DNA from: Fimbriimonadaceae bacterium | Lineage (GTDB): Bacteria > Armatimonadota > UBA10988 | Direction of reading: 5' to 3' | Assembly: GCA_020850355.1 (NCBI GenBank) | Contig: JADZEX010000091.1 | Coordinates: 35,755 to 99,754 of the forward strand | Length of the DNA stretch: 64,000 nucleotides | Shown here: positions 8,636 to 17,338 of the stretch, in pieces | How positions within the stretch are numbered: the first letter of the stretch is position 1 | Layout of the letters: each line of letters begins with the position of its first letter | The notes under the pieces: model-generated | Database searches by the model: none | Seen by the model: only the letters and a program-made list of their open reading frames with translations | Told to the model about the DNA's origin: nothing | Translations under genes and position numbers: made by a program

Positions 8636-9799
8636 ATGCTGGGATGCTGGGCGGTCTTGGCGGTGAGTCTGGCAGCCACCCCGGTGGTGACGGTCCAGGA
8701 CGGCCAGCTCCGGCGCGATGGGCGGCCCTACCGGGCCTTTGGCCTCAACGTCCGCGATCTGGCCGACCGCGTGCTGGACGAAGGTCCGGCCGCGCAGGCC
8801 AGCTTCGACTGCCTGCGCTGGCTGGGCCAGCAGCAGGTCCCTTTCATCCGCTTCTGGGCCTCCTACTTCAACAACCGCGCGAAGTACCTGGCTAACCCGG
8901 CTCAGTACTGGGAGCGGATGGACCTGCTGGTGGCAGCTGCCGAACAGGCCAACGTCGGGCTCCTGCCAACGCTGTTCTGGTGCAACTGGGACGTCCCCTG
9001 GGACCACGGCGAGTCGCGTCTCGACTGGGGCCGCGCCGACTCGCAGACGCGCGCCTTCGCAGCGCGCTACACCCGCGAGTTCATCGAGCGCTACCGCGAC
9101 CGGCCGATCGTCTGGATCTACGAGTACGCCAACGAGAGCAACCTGGCCTGGGACTTGCCGAACTGGCAGCAGTTCCTGCCCGCAGAGCGCCGGATCGACG
9201 CCAACGCCGCCACCGCCGCGGTCGGCCAGGCGGCGCTGCAGTGGTTTGGCAGCGAGGTGCGGCGGCTGGATCCGCGACGGCCGATCTCGTCCGGCTGCAG
9301 CGCCCCGCGGCCGGCGCAGTGGCACATGGCCACTGCCGCTGAGCGGCAGCACAATCCGTGGACCGTCGACAGCCTCGACGAGCGGGTGATCGCCGCCGGC
9401 TGGACCGCCCCCGACCCGGTCGACCTGCTCAGCGTGCATCACTACGAGCCGCACACCGGCTACGATCCGGCCAAGACGCGCGCCAACGTCGCCGAGCTGA
9501 TGACTGTGGCCCAACGCCTGCGCAAGCCGCTCCTGATCGGCGAGTTTGGGGTGCTCGATGGGCATGGCAAGATCGGCCCCGAGTTCGACACCGCACCCTA
9601 TCAGGCCAACGCTCGCGACCTCTGCGAGGCGATCTACCAGGCCCAGGTGCCGCTGGCGGCCTGGTGGGTCTACGCCGTCGAGCCGTGGGGCTTCTGCATG
9701 GGGGCGCTGAATCCGCAGTATGGCAAGTTCGACGGCATCGCCGCGCTGCTCCGCGAGTACAACGCCAAGATCGCCAGCGACCTGGCCAGGGAGGGCTAG
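8636..9799 (+). CDS. glycoside hydrolase, GH5-like (clan GH-A) secreted
   Basis: ATG at 8636 gives signal peptide MLGCWAVLAVSLAA; candidate acid/base in IYEYANESN and nucleophile in LLIGEFGV. Confidence 0.55.
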   Translation: MLGCWAVLAVSLAATPVVTVQDGQLRRDGRPYRAFGLNVRDLADRVLDEGPAAQASFDCLRWLGQQQVPFIRFWASYFNNRAKYLANPAQYWERMDLLVAAAEQANVGLLPTLFWCNWDVPWDHGESRLDWGRADSQTRAFAARYTREFIERYRDRPIVWIYEYANESNLAWDLPNWQQFLPAERRIDANAATAAVGQAALQWFGSEVRRLDPRRPISSGCSAPRPAQWHMATAAERQHNPWTVDSLDERVIAAGWTAPDPVDLLSVHHYEPHTGYDPAKTRANVAELMTVAQRLRKPLLIGEFGVLDGHGKIGPEFDTAPYQANARDLCEAIYQAQVPLAAWWVYAVEPWGFCMGALNPQYGKFDGIAALLREYNAKIASDLAREG

Positions 9800-9802
9800 G
9801 CG

Positions 9803-10981
9803 ATGCTCTGGAGCGCCGCCCTGGCCGGCCTCTTGCTGGCCGCGCCGCCGCAGTATCTGGTACTGAACACCGCCGCGCCACCCACGGCGCAGCTCTTTGA
9901 TCAGGTCCGCGCCGGCTGCGGAACGGGATCGCCGGCGCGCCGGATCGGGGTCGCGGCGATCTTCTCGTACTTGCATCACCCCCGCGAGCGGGTGCTGGCC
10001 GACCTGCGGGAGTTCCTGCGGTTGGCCGCGGTCACCGACACCCCGGTGGTGGTGCAGCTCGACGGCGAGAACTGGTGGGGCGGCCGACCCGACCTGTGGA
10101 ACTGGTGGGACCCGGCCCAACCGGGCTACGACCCGGCCAACCGGCAGAACGTCGAGTGGACCGGCTGGGGGCCGCAGCACGCCATCCAGATCGCCTGGCG
10201 CAACTGGGGCCGGCAGATCCGCGTCCTGCCGCCGCCGAATCTGCTCAGCCCGCGCTACCGGGCGGCTTGCCACGCCGAACTGGCGGTGCTGGTGCCAGAG
10301 ATCCTGAGCTGGTGGCGGCAACTGCCCGCCCAGCAGCAGGACCTGCTGATTGGCATCAAGGTCGGCTGGGAGAGCTCGCTGGGCGTCAACGCCTGGTACT
10401 ACCCGGACGGCAACGCCCTGCTGGCGCGGCCCGCCGCGGACGACCCGCAGACGGGGCTGCGTCCGGCGGAGCCGCCCAGCCGAGGCGTCGTGACCATCGG
10501 CTACGCCGCGGCCAGCACCGGCGGTCTGCGGCTCAGCGGCGAGCTGACCGAGGCCGACCAGGCCGCGGTGGTGCGGCGCCACCTGGCCGACCTCTGCGCC
10601 GTCCACGCGCGGCTGGGCGTGCCCCGCGACCGGCTGTTCACGCATGTCGCTGGCTGGCGCGAGGGCGAGCTGCTCTACGCTGCCGGCCTCAACCCGCACG
10701 CCTGCCCCGGCTGGAGCTTCTACCGCTACGCCAGCGACCCACGGCGCGACGCCGGCGTGCAGCAGGCCCTGACGCAGAGCGACGCCCCGGCCTGGGCCGC
10801 GGTCGAGTGGTGGCTCGGGTCCCGCGACCAGGCCGCCTGGTCGGCCGCCTTGGCCGTCACCCTGGCCGATCCCCGGTGCCGCTACCTGGCGGTCTACAAC
10901 TGGCAGAGCATCTGCGACCAGCCGGCGGTCCTGCAAGCCATCCGCGACGCTTGCCGGCCGGCCGCCGGCCCCCCGCCCTGA
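9803..10981 (+). CDS. hypothetical secreted protein, possible glycoside-hydrolase-like TIM barrel
   Basis: Track ORF with GGGAGGG upstream; N-terminal signal-like segment; Trp-rich; no confident family assignment. Confidence 0.45.
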   Translation: MLWSAALAGLLLAAPPQYLVLNTAAPPTAQLFDQVRAGCGTGSPARRIGVAAIFSYLHHPRERVLADLREFLRLAAVTDTPVVVQLDGENWWGGRPDLWNWWDPAQPGYDPANRQNVEWTGWGPQHAIQIAWRNWGRQIRVLPPPNLLSPRYRAACHAELAVLVPEILSWWRQLPAQQQDLLIGIKVGWESSLGVNAWYYPDGNALLARPAADDPQTGLRPAEPPSRGVVTIGYAAASTGGLRLSGELTEADQAAVVRRHLADLCAVHARLGVPRDRLFTHVAGWREGELLYAAGLNPHACPGWSFYRYASDPRRDAGVQQALTQSDAPAWAAVEWWLGSRDQAAWSAALAVTLADPRCRYLAVYNWQSICDQPAVLQAIRDACRPAAGPPP

Positions 10982-11040
10982 GCACCAACTCGCGAGTCCG
11001 GCGCCCGGCGACGGTGTTGCGTCGTGCGCAACAACCGCGC

Positions 11041-11070
11041 TTGACAGTGAGTTGCCGACCAGCGTACGCT
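11041..11070 (+). promoter_or_regulatory. candidate sigma70-type promoter (-35 TTGACA, -10 TACGCT, 18-bp spacer)
   Basis: Seen in sequence upstream of lipoprotein gene; preceded by inverted repeat GTTGCGtcgtgCGCAAC at 11016..11032. Confidence 0.35.
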
Positions 11071-11183
11071 TCGCAGCGACGGTTCGGTGGATGCCTTCGG
11101 GGGGCCTGAGTTGGGCTGCGCGGCAGCGCCTGGTGGTGCTGCCTGAGCTCCAGGGGAGGAGCACGCTCAGGAAGGGGCTCGTG

Positions 11184-13103
11184 ATGATCACGCGCCGACG
11201 GCTCGGCACGTTGACGGCCGGTCTGACCCTGGCACTCTTGGCGTTCGGCTGCGGCGGGGGCAGCACGCCAGTCACCCCCGGCGCTGGCGACGACTACGGC
11301 AGCGGCACCTTCAAGCGCCTGGGCAGTGCCACGCTGAAGTGGGTCGCTGGCGAACTCGGCAGCACGGCCATCGGCGGCGCCGCCGGGATTGGCATGGACG
11401 CCGCCCTCGAAGCGATCTTCGGCAACGACACCGAGCGCATCGAGGAGGGCATGGACGAGTGCAACCAGAAGCTCGACCAGGTCCTGGACCGACTCGACGC
11501 CATCTCGACCCAGCTCGACGACGCCCTCGACGCCATCGAAGAGTCCCGTGACGACATCGAGGCGCTGAACCAAGAGCTGGCCATCAAGGAACCGATCGAC
11601 ATCATCCAGTCGGACTACCGCAACCTGGAACAGCTCTCGCGCTGGGCGTCGGACGACGATGATGGCAACGACCCCACCTCCGACGACGCCGAGGAGCTGG
11701 CCGACACCATCCGCAGCACCTCGAAGCACGACATCCCCCTGCAACTCGACCGGATGCACTCCGGCATCGTCGGCGGCACTGGCAGTGGCAAGGGCGCGCT
11801 GAAGGAGTGGACCGACCAGATCCTCAACGGCATCCACAACGGCGACGACCTCTACGACGCCTACCAGACCTTGGAGAGCTACTTCGGCGAGCTGCTGACC
11901 ATCCAGACCAAAGGCATGTTGCTGATTGCCAATGCCTACGAAATGGACGACGACGACAGCCGCTACGTCGGCACGGCCCAGAGCTACCGCGACGAGGTCT
12001 TCTACCCGCACGTTGAAGAGCAGCTCGAGAAGTTCCTCCAGTTGGCGGAGAGCTTGGTGGCTGACCAGTGTCGGCCGAACCGCGGCACCTTCCTGATGCA
12101 CGGCAGCAGCGGCGAGATCTACAGCCGGATGGACTGGATCGCGGCGCAGTGCGCCGAGGAGTGGACCGCCGAGCACAACGGGCCGAAGTACCAGTACGGG
12201 CTGCACGTCCACATCTGGACCGATGACAACAAGGTCCGCCCGGCCGGTTCGGGGTTCAGTTCCGACATGCCCTGCGAGGTCTACTACGGCCCGACCGCCG
12301 ACCATGACCAGCTCGCTTTCGACGAGGCCTGGGGAGGCGCGACGGCGCGTCGCTACGCCACGCAGCGGTACGTCGACCTGATGCTGCTGGACGATGACCC
12401 CCGGGTCGCCGCCTTCGACTGGGCTGAGAAGGTGCGCGTCTACACCTACGGCCGCAACCCGTTCGAGTCGAAGACCCTGCACATCCTGCAAGACCTGGTG
12501 GCCGGCGTCGACTGGACCCGCGATGCCACCCTGCGTTACTACGACCGGGACTACAACCAGGTTGAGGCCGGGACCGCAGGCGCCCAGCCGCATTGCACGA
12601 TTGTGGTCGATTACCGGATCCAGGAAGTGCCGCTGATCTGGGACGTCAACGAGGCGGAGACCGACACCAGCGCCACCGGTTGGACCGTCGAGCGGCTAAG
12701 GCCGGGCAGTTCGGCGGTCACCGAGCACTGGTGTGGCCTGCGCGGCACACCGGCCAAGAAGTCGTCGCAGCAGACGGGGTTCTCGATGCGGTTGGACTGC
12801 CGCAACGATTGGATCACCTCGCAGTCCGACAAAGACGTGATCGCCGCCTTTGAGGGGCGCATCGCGGTCTCCCGGAACTGCCGCCAGCAAGACAACCCGC
12901 GGTTCTGGCAGAAGTACGGCTGGGCCGTCCAGGTGACTTCCAGCTCCTGGACCGGCTACGAGCAGCGGATCAACGGCATCAAGAAGAACGAGCGCTTCAA
13001 GCCGGGCCTCAAGGTCGGCATCAACACGACCGGTGGCAGCAACAACGCCACCACCTGCGAGTACGAGCTGCGCGTGCGGAAGGTGCGGCTCTATGCGCCG
13101 TGA
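11184..13103 (+). CDS. acidic secreted lipoprotein of unknown function
   Basis: ATG at 11184; lipobox LLAFGC; N-terminal helical region with repeating LDxxLDxIxxxLD pattern; unusually Asp/Glu/Lys-rich compared with neighbours. Confidence 0.55.
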   Translation: MITRRRLGTLTAGLTLALLAFGCGGGSTPVTPGAGDDYGSGTFKRLGSATLKWVAGELGSTAIGGAAGIGMDAALEAIFGNDTERIEEGMDECNQKLDQVLDRLDAISTQLDDALDAIEESRDDIEALNQELAIKEPIDIIQSDYRNLEQLSRWASDDDDGNDPTSDDAEELADTIRSTSKHDIPLQLDRMHSGIVGGTGSGKGALKEWTDQILNGIHNGDDLYDAYQTLESYFGELLTIQTKGMLLIANAYEMDDDDSRYVGTAQSYRDEVFYPHVEEQLEKFLQLAESLVADQCRPNRGTFLMHGSSGEIYSRMDWIAAQCAEEWTAEHNGPKYQYGLHVHIWTDDNKVRPAGSGFSSDMPCEVYYGPTADHDQLAFDEAWGGATARRYATQRYVDLMLLDDDPRVAAFDWAEKVRVYTYGRNPFESKTLHILQDLVAGVDWTRDATLRYYDRDYNQVEAGTAGAQPHCTIVVDYRIQEVPLIWDVNEAETDTSATGWTVERLRPGSSAVTEHWCGLRGTPAKKSSQQTGFSMRLDCRNDWITSQSDKDVIAAFEGRIAVSRNCRQQDNPRFWQKYGWAVQVTSSSWTGYEQRINGIKKNERFKPGLKVGINTTGGSNNATTCEYELRVRKVRLYAP

Positions 13104-13158
13104 CCTTCGCCGGCCGGGCGGGCGCCAACGGGGCCGATCGCCGGGTGAGGAGCGAGCC

Positions 13159-13389
13159 ATGCAACCACTACGACGTCGCTGGGGGCAGACACTTCCCGAG
13201 TACGCCCTGCTGCTCTGCCTGCTGGCAGTGGCCGCAATCGCCATTCTGGCGGTGCTCGGCCGCAAGAACCGCGACACCTACACCAGCACCAATGACAGCC
13301 TGGTGACCACCAACGCCGATGTCAAGAGCGGCAAAGGTGGTGGTGGCGGTGGTGGCGATGGACCGGCGCCGGTGGGCGGACACTGGTAG
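13159..13389 (+). CDS. Flp/Fap-type pilin-like small protein
   Basis: ATG at 13159 with GAGGAG upstream; short basic leader then G-x4-EY motif (WGQTLPEYALLL) and hydrophobic helix; Gly-rich C-terminus. Confidence 0.45.
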   Translation: MQPLRRRWGQTLPEYALLLCLLAVAAIAILAVLGRKNRDTYTSTNDSLVTTNADVKSGKGGGGGGGDGPAPVGGHW

Positions 13390-13416
13390 CGAGTGGGCTG
13401 ACGAACGGGGGTCTCG

Positions 13417-15423
13417 ATGACCACGCGACGAAGCGGATACCTGCTGACCGGGTTGGTGCTGCTGACCTTGCTGGCGGCCTGCGGCGGCGGGCTGGGGCTG
13501 TTCCAGGAGCCGTCCCCGGGCAACGTGCCGCCCGACCGCCTGGCCCTGATCAGCGGCGGCGGCGGGCAGTACCTGGTGCCGGTCCGGATCGGCAACCAGA
13601 CCTTCCGCCTGCTGCTCGACACCGGCTTCCAAGCGGTGTTGGTGTTCGCAGACCTGGTGCGGGCCGACAACACCGAGGTCGTCCGGACCGGCGAACGGGC
13701 CAACCTGCAGTTCGGCTCCGGGCCGCGCCGCGGCGAAATCGCCAGTGCCCCGATCGCCGTCGGCCAGCGCAGCGGCACCGCGCGGCTGCTGCTGGTGGAC
13801 AACCCCACCTCCAGTGATGATCCCTCCCTGACCTGGAAGGGCGCCGACGGGATCCTCGGCCTGCGCTTCCAGCCGGGCGCGACCGACCTCGGTAGCGCGC
13901 GCCTGGATCCGCCGCTGCTGGCCCTGGCGCCACGGATCCGGTCGATGGAGTTCGACCTGCAGCCCGGCGGCGCGACCTTGGTGCTCGGTGGCACGCCGGT
14001 CCTCGGCTCGGCCAACCCGGCCGCCGTGTTCACCGCGCAGACCACCACCGAGCTCCGCAACGACCGGATCCGCGAGAACTACGCCGACCTCGAGGTGCCC
14101 TTCCAGATCAGCTCCAGCCGCGGCGTCGCCAACGCGGAGGACCTCGACATCCTGCTCGACACCGGCGCCGCCAGCCTGCTGGTGCTCGACGAACCGCTGG
14201 CCGCGCAACTGGGCTACGACCGCGGCTCGCAGAGCTGGACCATCCCGGCCGACGAGCTGCTCGACCTGCGACTGCTGGGTCTGGCCGGTCAGATGCCGAT
14301 CACGCCGCCCTTCCAGGTCCGCGATGTGCGCGTGGCCGACCTCGGCAACACCACCTTCGACGCGGTCCTCGGGCTCGACCGGTGGCAGCAGTATGTCGTG
14401 GCCTTCGACTTCATCGACTTCTCGTTGGGCGGACCCGAGGGTACCTTCCGGTTCCTGCGCCACGACCAGATCGGCGCCGCCACCGGGGGGTGCCAGCGGC
14501 CTGACCGCCACTTCGTGGCCCTGCGCGGGCTCAACTCCTCGGGTGAGGATGGCTCGCCGGCCCTCAGCGCCGACGGTCGGGTGATCGTCTTCGAGACCGA
14601 TCGCCACGGCGGACGCGGTCTGCGGGACATCGCCTGCTACGACCGACAGGCCCAGGCATTGGTGGACATCGGGTCGATCAACTCGGAAAGCAACGACGAG
14701 ACTCCCGCGGTCTCGGGCGACGGCAACCTGATCGCCTTCACCTCCGACCGGCCGGGCGGCCAGGGCGACTTCGACATCTACCTCTTCGACGTCGCCGCCG
14801 GGTCGTTCATCGATCTGCCCGGCCTAAACACCACGGCCTTGGAGCGCTCGCCCGGCCTCAGCGCCGACGGACGCTTCGTCTCGTTCCGCTCCGAACGCGA
14901 CGCCTCAGACTCGCCGTCGGACGTCTACCTCTACGACCGCCAGACCGCCGCGCTGGTGGCGACGCCTGGACTCAACAGCGCCGCCGACGAGTTCACCAGC
15001 GCCCTTAGCCGGCACGGCGAGCGGCTGGTTTTCGAGGCGCTCAACCGGCCCGGCGACGCCGGTGGGGTCGACGTACACCTGTACGACGTCACCGCGGGCG
15101 CCCTGGTCCCGCTCTCGGCCGCGGTCAACAGCAACCGCTTCGACGCCTTCGTCAACCTCAGTGCCAACGGGCGCTGGATGACCTGCTTCAGCGAGCGGGC
15201 CGCAGCCACGCCCGGCGCTGCCGGTCGGGACATCCTGCTGGTGGACCTTGGCCGCAACGGCACTGATGGCCGGCCGGGAGTGCTGGTGGACCTGCCGGGC
15301 CTGAACTCGGCCTACGAGGAGTCGTCCTCGTCGCTGAACGACGATGGCACGCTGATCGCCTTCGCGTCGAGCCGTTGCGGCGGCTCGGGTGGCTTGGACA
15401 TCTACCTCTACCAGCGCGACTGA
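13417..15423 (+). CDS. lipoprotein with retropepsin-like aspartyl protease domain fused to TolB-like PD40 beta-propeller repeats
   Basis: Track ORF; lipobox LLAAC; two DTG motifs (LLLDTGFQAV, ILLDTGAASLLVLD); repeated PD40-like units (SPALSADGRVIVFETDR, TPAVSGDGNLIAFTSDR, SPGLSADGRFVSFRSER). Confidence 0.65.
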   Translation: MTTRRSGYLLTGLVLLTLLAACGGGLGLFQEPSPGNVPPDRLALISGGGGQYLVPVRIGNQTFRLLLDTGFQAVLVFADLVRADNTEVVRTGERANLQFGSGPRRGEIASAPIAVGQRSGTARLLLVDNPTSSDDPSLTWKGADGILGLRFQPGATDLGSARLDPPLLALAPRIRSMEFDLQPGGATLVLGGTPVLGSANPAAVFTAQTTTELRNDRIRENYADLEVPFQISSSRGVANAEDLDILLDTGAASLLVLDEPLAAQLGYDRGSQSWTIPADELLDLRLLGLAGQMPITPPFQVRDVRVADLGNTTFDAVLGLDRWQQYVVAFDFIDFSLGGPEGTFRFLRHDQIGAATGGCQRPDRHFVALRGLNSSGEDGSPALSADGRVIVFETDRHGGRGLRDIACYDRQAQALVDIGSINSESNDETPAVSGDGNLIAFTSDRPGGQGDFDIYLFDVAAGSFIDLPGLNTTALERSPGLSADGRFVSFRSERDASDSPSDVYLYDRQTAALVATPGLNSAADEFTSALSRHGERLVFEALNRPGDAGGVDVHLYDVTAGALVPLSAAVNSNRFDAFVNLSANGRWMTCFSERAAATPGAAGRDILLVDLGRNGTDGRPGVLVDLPGLNSAYEESSSSLNDDGTLIAFASSRCGGSGGLDIYLYQRD

Positions 15424-15427
15424 CGCC

Positions 15428-15850
15428 TCAGCGCAGGTGCTTGCGGAAGCTGTGGCTCATCCGCTCGTAGCCGAGATGCTGCTCGTAGAAGCGGTGCGCG
15501 GCGAGGCGCTGCACGCCCGAAGTGAGGGCGATCTGCTGGCAGCCTGCGCCCCGCCCGAGCTCCTCGACCGCGCCCAGCAGCAGGCGGCCGTAGCCCTGCG
15601 ACCGCGCCGTCGCGGTGGTCACCAGGTCGTACACATAGACGTGCCGGCCGTGGTAGAGGTTGGTCAGAATGACGAACCCCGCGACCGCCACAATCTGCCC
15701 GGCCACCCGTACCACCAGTTGGCGGTAGCCTTCGGCGCGCATCGCCTCCAGGAGCGCCAGGTAGGCACTCAGGTCGAGCTGCGTGCGCAACTCGGCGAGC
15801 ACCGCCCAGGCCTCCTGGAACTCGCTGGCGGTGGTCAACTCCGCGACCAC
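15428..15850 (-). CDS. GNAT-family N-acetyltransferase
   Basis: Motif RSQGYGRLLLGAVEEL; start taken at GTG 15850 because longer starts overlap the upstream gene (alternative TTG at 15871 overlaps its stop). Confidence 0.6.
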   Translation of the reverse strand: MVAELTTASEFQEAWAVLAELRTQLDLSAYLALLEAMRAEGYRQLVVRVAGQIVAVAGFVILTNLYHGRHVYVYDLVTTATARSQGYGRLLLGAVEELGRGAGCQQIALTSGVQRLAAHRFYEQHLGYERMSHSFRKHLR

Positions 15851-15867
15851 CGGCTGGGCCGGGCCGT

Positions 15868-17181
15868 TCAAGGCTGCACCGCCGGCAAGGTCGGCAGGAC
15901 GACCCCGCTGAGGTCGCTCCGGGAGACCGCCGCGATGGCCCGCCACCAGGCCACTTGCGAGGCGGGAGTCCGCTCGCAGTGCGGGCTGAAGACAATCACC
16001 CGACCTGCGCCGTACTGCCCCAACGCGACGGCCGCCCTGGTGTTGGTGCGAGTCTTGTCGGAAACATCGGCACCGTAGGTGGCCAAGGTCCGGAACGGGG
16101 GCAACGCGGCCACGCCGGCCGGCTCCATCGCCAGCGGGCCGCCGTGGTAGGTGGTGTCGTGGCGGCCGGCGCAGCCGAGCACCTGCTCGCCGTCGGCGGT
16201 GAACCGCAACGGCACCACCGCACCGCCGCTGCCGACGGGCATCTTGGCGTTGATCACGCCGAGAAACGACTCGCGGTTGCAGGAGGCCAGGAACGCGCCG
16301 GCGCAGACCCCCACCAGGCCGCCCCCGCCGCGCACGTAGTCACGGACCCGCTGCAGACCGGCCGCGCCAAGGGCCTTGGCCTGCTCGCTGGCCAGGCCGC
16401 CGCCGAAGATCACCGCATCAAACTGCGACAGCGCCCCGGCCTGCAGATCCTCGGGCCCGCACAAGTGCAGCTCCAGCCAGGGCAGGTGGCTCACCGAGCG
16501 GGTCAGCCAGTAAGGGTCCCGGCCGATCGAGCTGCTCGCGCCGGGGCCATCGTAGATCGCGCCAAGGGCCCGCTGGCGGCGCTGGGCCGGGTCGGTCGGC
16601 AGGCACTGCTCCGGGCTGGCCGTCGCGGCCAGCACGCCGAGCCGGGAGAGCAGCCCGTAGACGGCGTGGCGGAACTGCCGGACGCGCCAGTAGATCCGGT
16701 TGTCGGGGTCGCGCGTGGCGGCCGTGGTCACCACCAGCACCGCGGCGCCGCCGGCTGCCGCCCGCAGCCGTTCGCGCTCGCCGGCCGCCAGCGCGCCGAC
16801 CTGCCACCGCCGTTCGGGCTGCGGCACCAGGCGGTTCAGATCGCTCGCCACGTCGCGCAGCAAGGCCTGTTGAGCAGGGTCCGACCCTTCCAGCGTGGCA
16901 CCGCTGGCGGCCGGGATGTGGCTCCGCCACTCGAAGGACTCCCGCAGCACCACCACCAGCGCGGCGGCCGCACTGCCGGCAGCGCGCGGCTGCCACGGGT
17001 CAGGCTGCACTTCCAGCCGCCCACCCGCGCCGGGCCAGGTGGCGATCTGGCGGGCCGCCAGGGCCGCCGCGGGGCCATCGCTTAGCGGGTCGACCAGCAC
17101 CCGCACCAGCGGCGCAGCCGGCAGGGCCGGGCTGAGCAGGCAGCACAACAGGATCGACAGATACTGGCGGTAGCGCCCCAT
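15868..17181 (-). CDS. secreted protein with class I glutamine amidotransferase-like (BPL_N/ThuA-like) domain
   Basis: ATG at 17181 with GGAG upstream; signal peptide MGRYRQYLSILLCCLLSPALPAAP; motif FGGGLASEQAKALGAAGLQRVRDYVRGGGGLVGVCAGAF. Confidence 0.4.
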   Translation of the reverse strand: MGRYRQYLSILLCCLLSPALPAAPLVRVLVDPLSDGPAAALAARQIATWPGAGGRLEVQPDPWQPRAAGSAAAALVVVLRESFEWRSHIPAASGATLEGSDPAQQALLRDVASDLNRLVPQPERRWQVGALAAGERERLRAAAGGAAVLVVTTAATRDPDNRIYWRVRQFRHAVYGLLSRLGVLAATASPEQCLPTDPAQRRQRALGAIYDGPGASSSIGRDPYWLTRSVSHLPWLELHLCGPEDLQAGALSQFDAVIFGGGLASEQAKALGAAGLQRVRDYVRGGGGLVGVCAGAFLASCNRESFLGVINAKMPVGSGGAVVPLRFTADGEQVLGCAGRHDTTYHGGPLAMEPAGVAALPPFRTLATYGADVSDKTRTNTRAAVALGQYGAGRVIVFSPHCERTPASQVAWWRAIAAVSRSDLSGVVLPTLPAVQP

Positions 17182-17338
17182 CCAACAGCTCCGATCGGCG
17201 GTCTGCGATGTGCCCATTGTAGCGCCACTGGCGGCGTCCAGGACCATTGGAGTCCTGCGGCGCTTGCCGCAAGCGGCCTGCAGGTGGCAAACTGTTACAC
17301 AGTGGGGAGGTGCCAGGCTGGTTTTGGGGAGGGCCACG

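Noticed and set aside
8441-11275. 944-aa minus-strand ORF
   Set aside because: Antisense to the GH5-like and hypothetical secreted genes, which have recognisable signal peptides and motifs; translation is low-complexity Arg/Pro/Gly/Ala-rich; typical shadow ORF in high-GC DNA.
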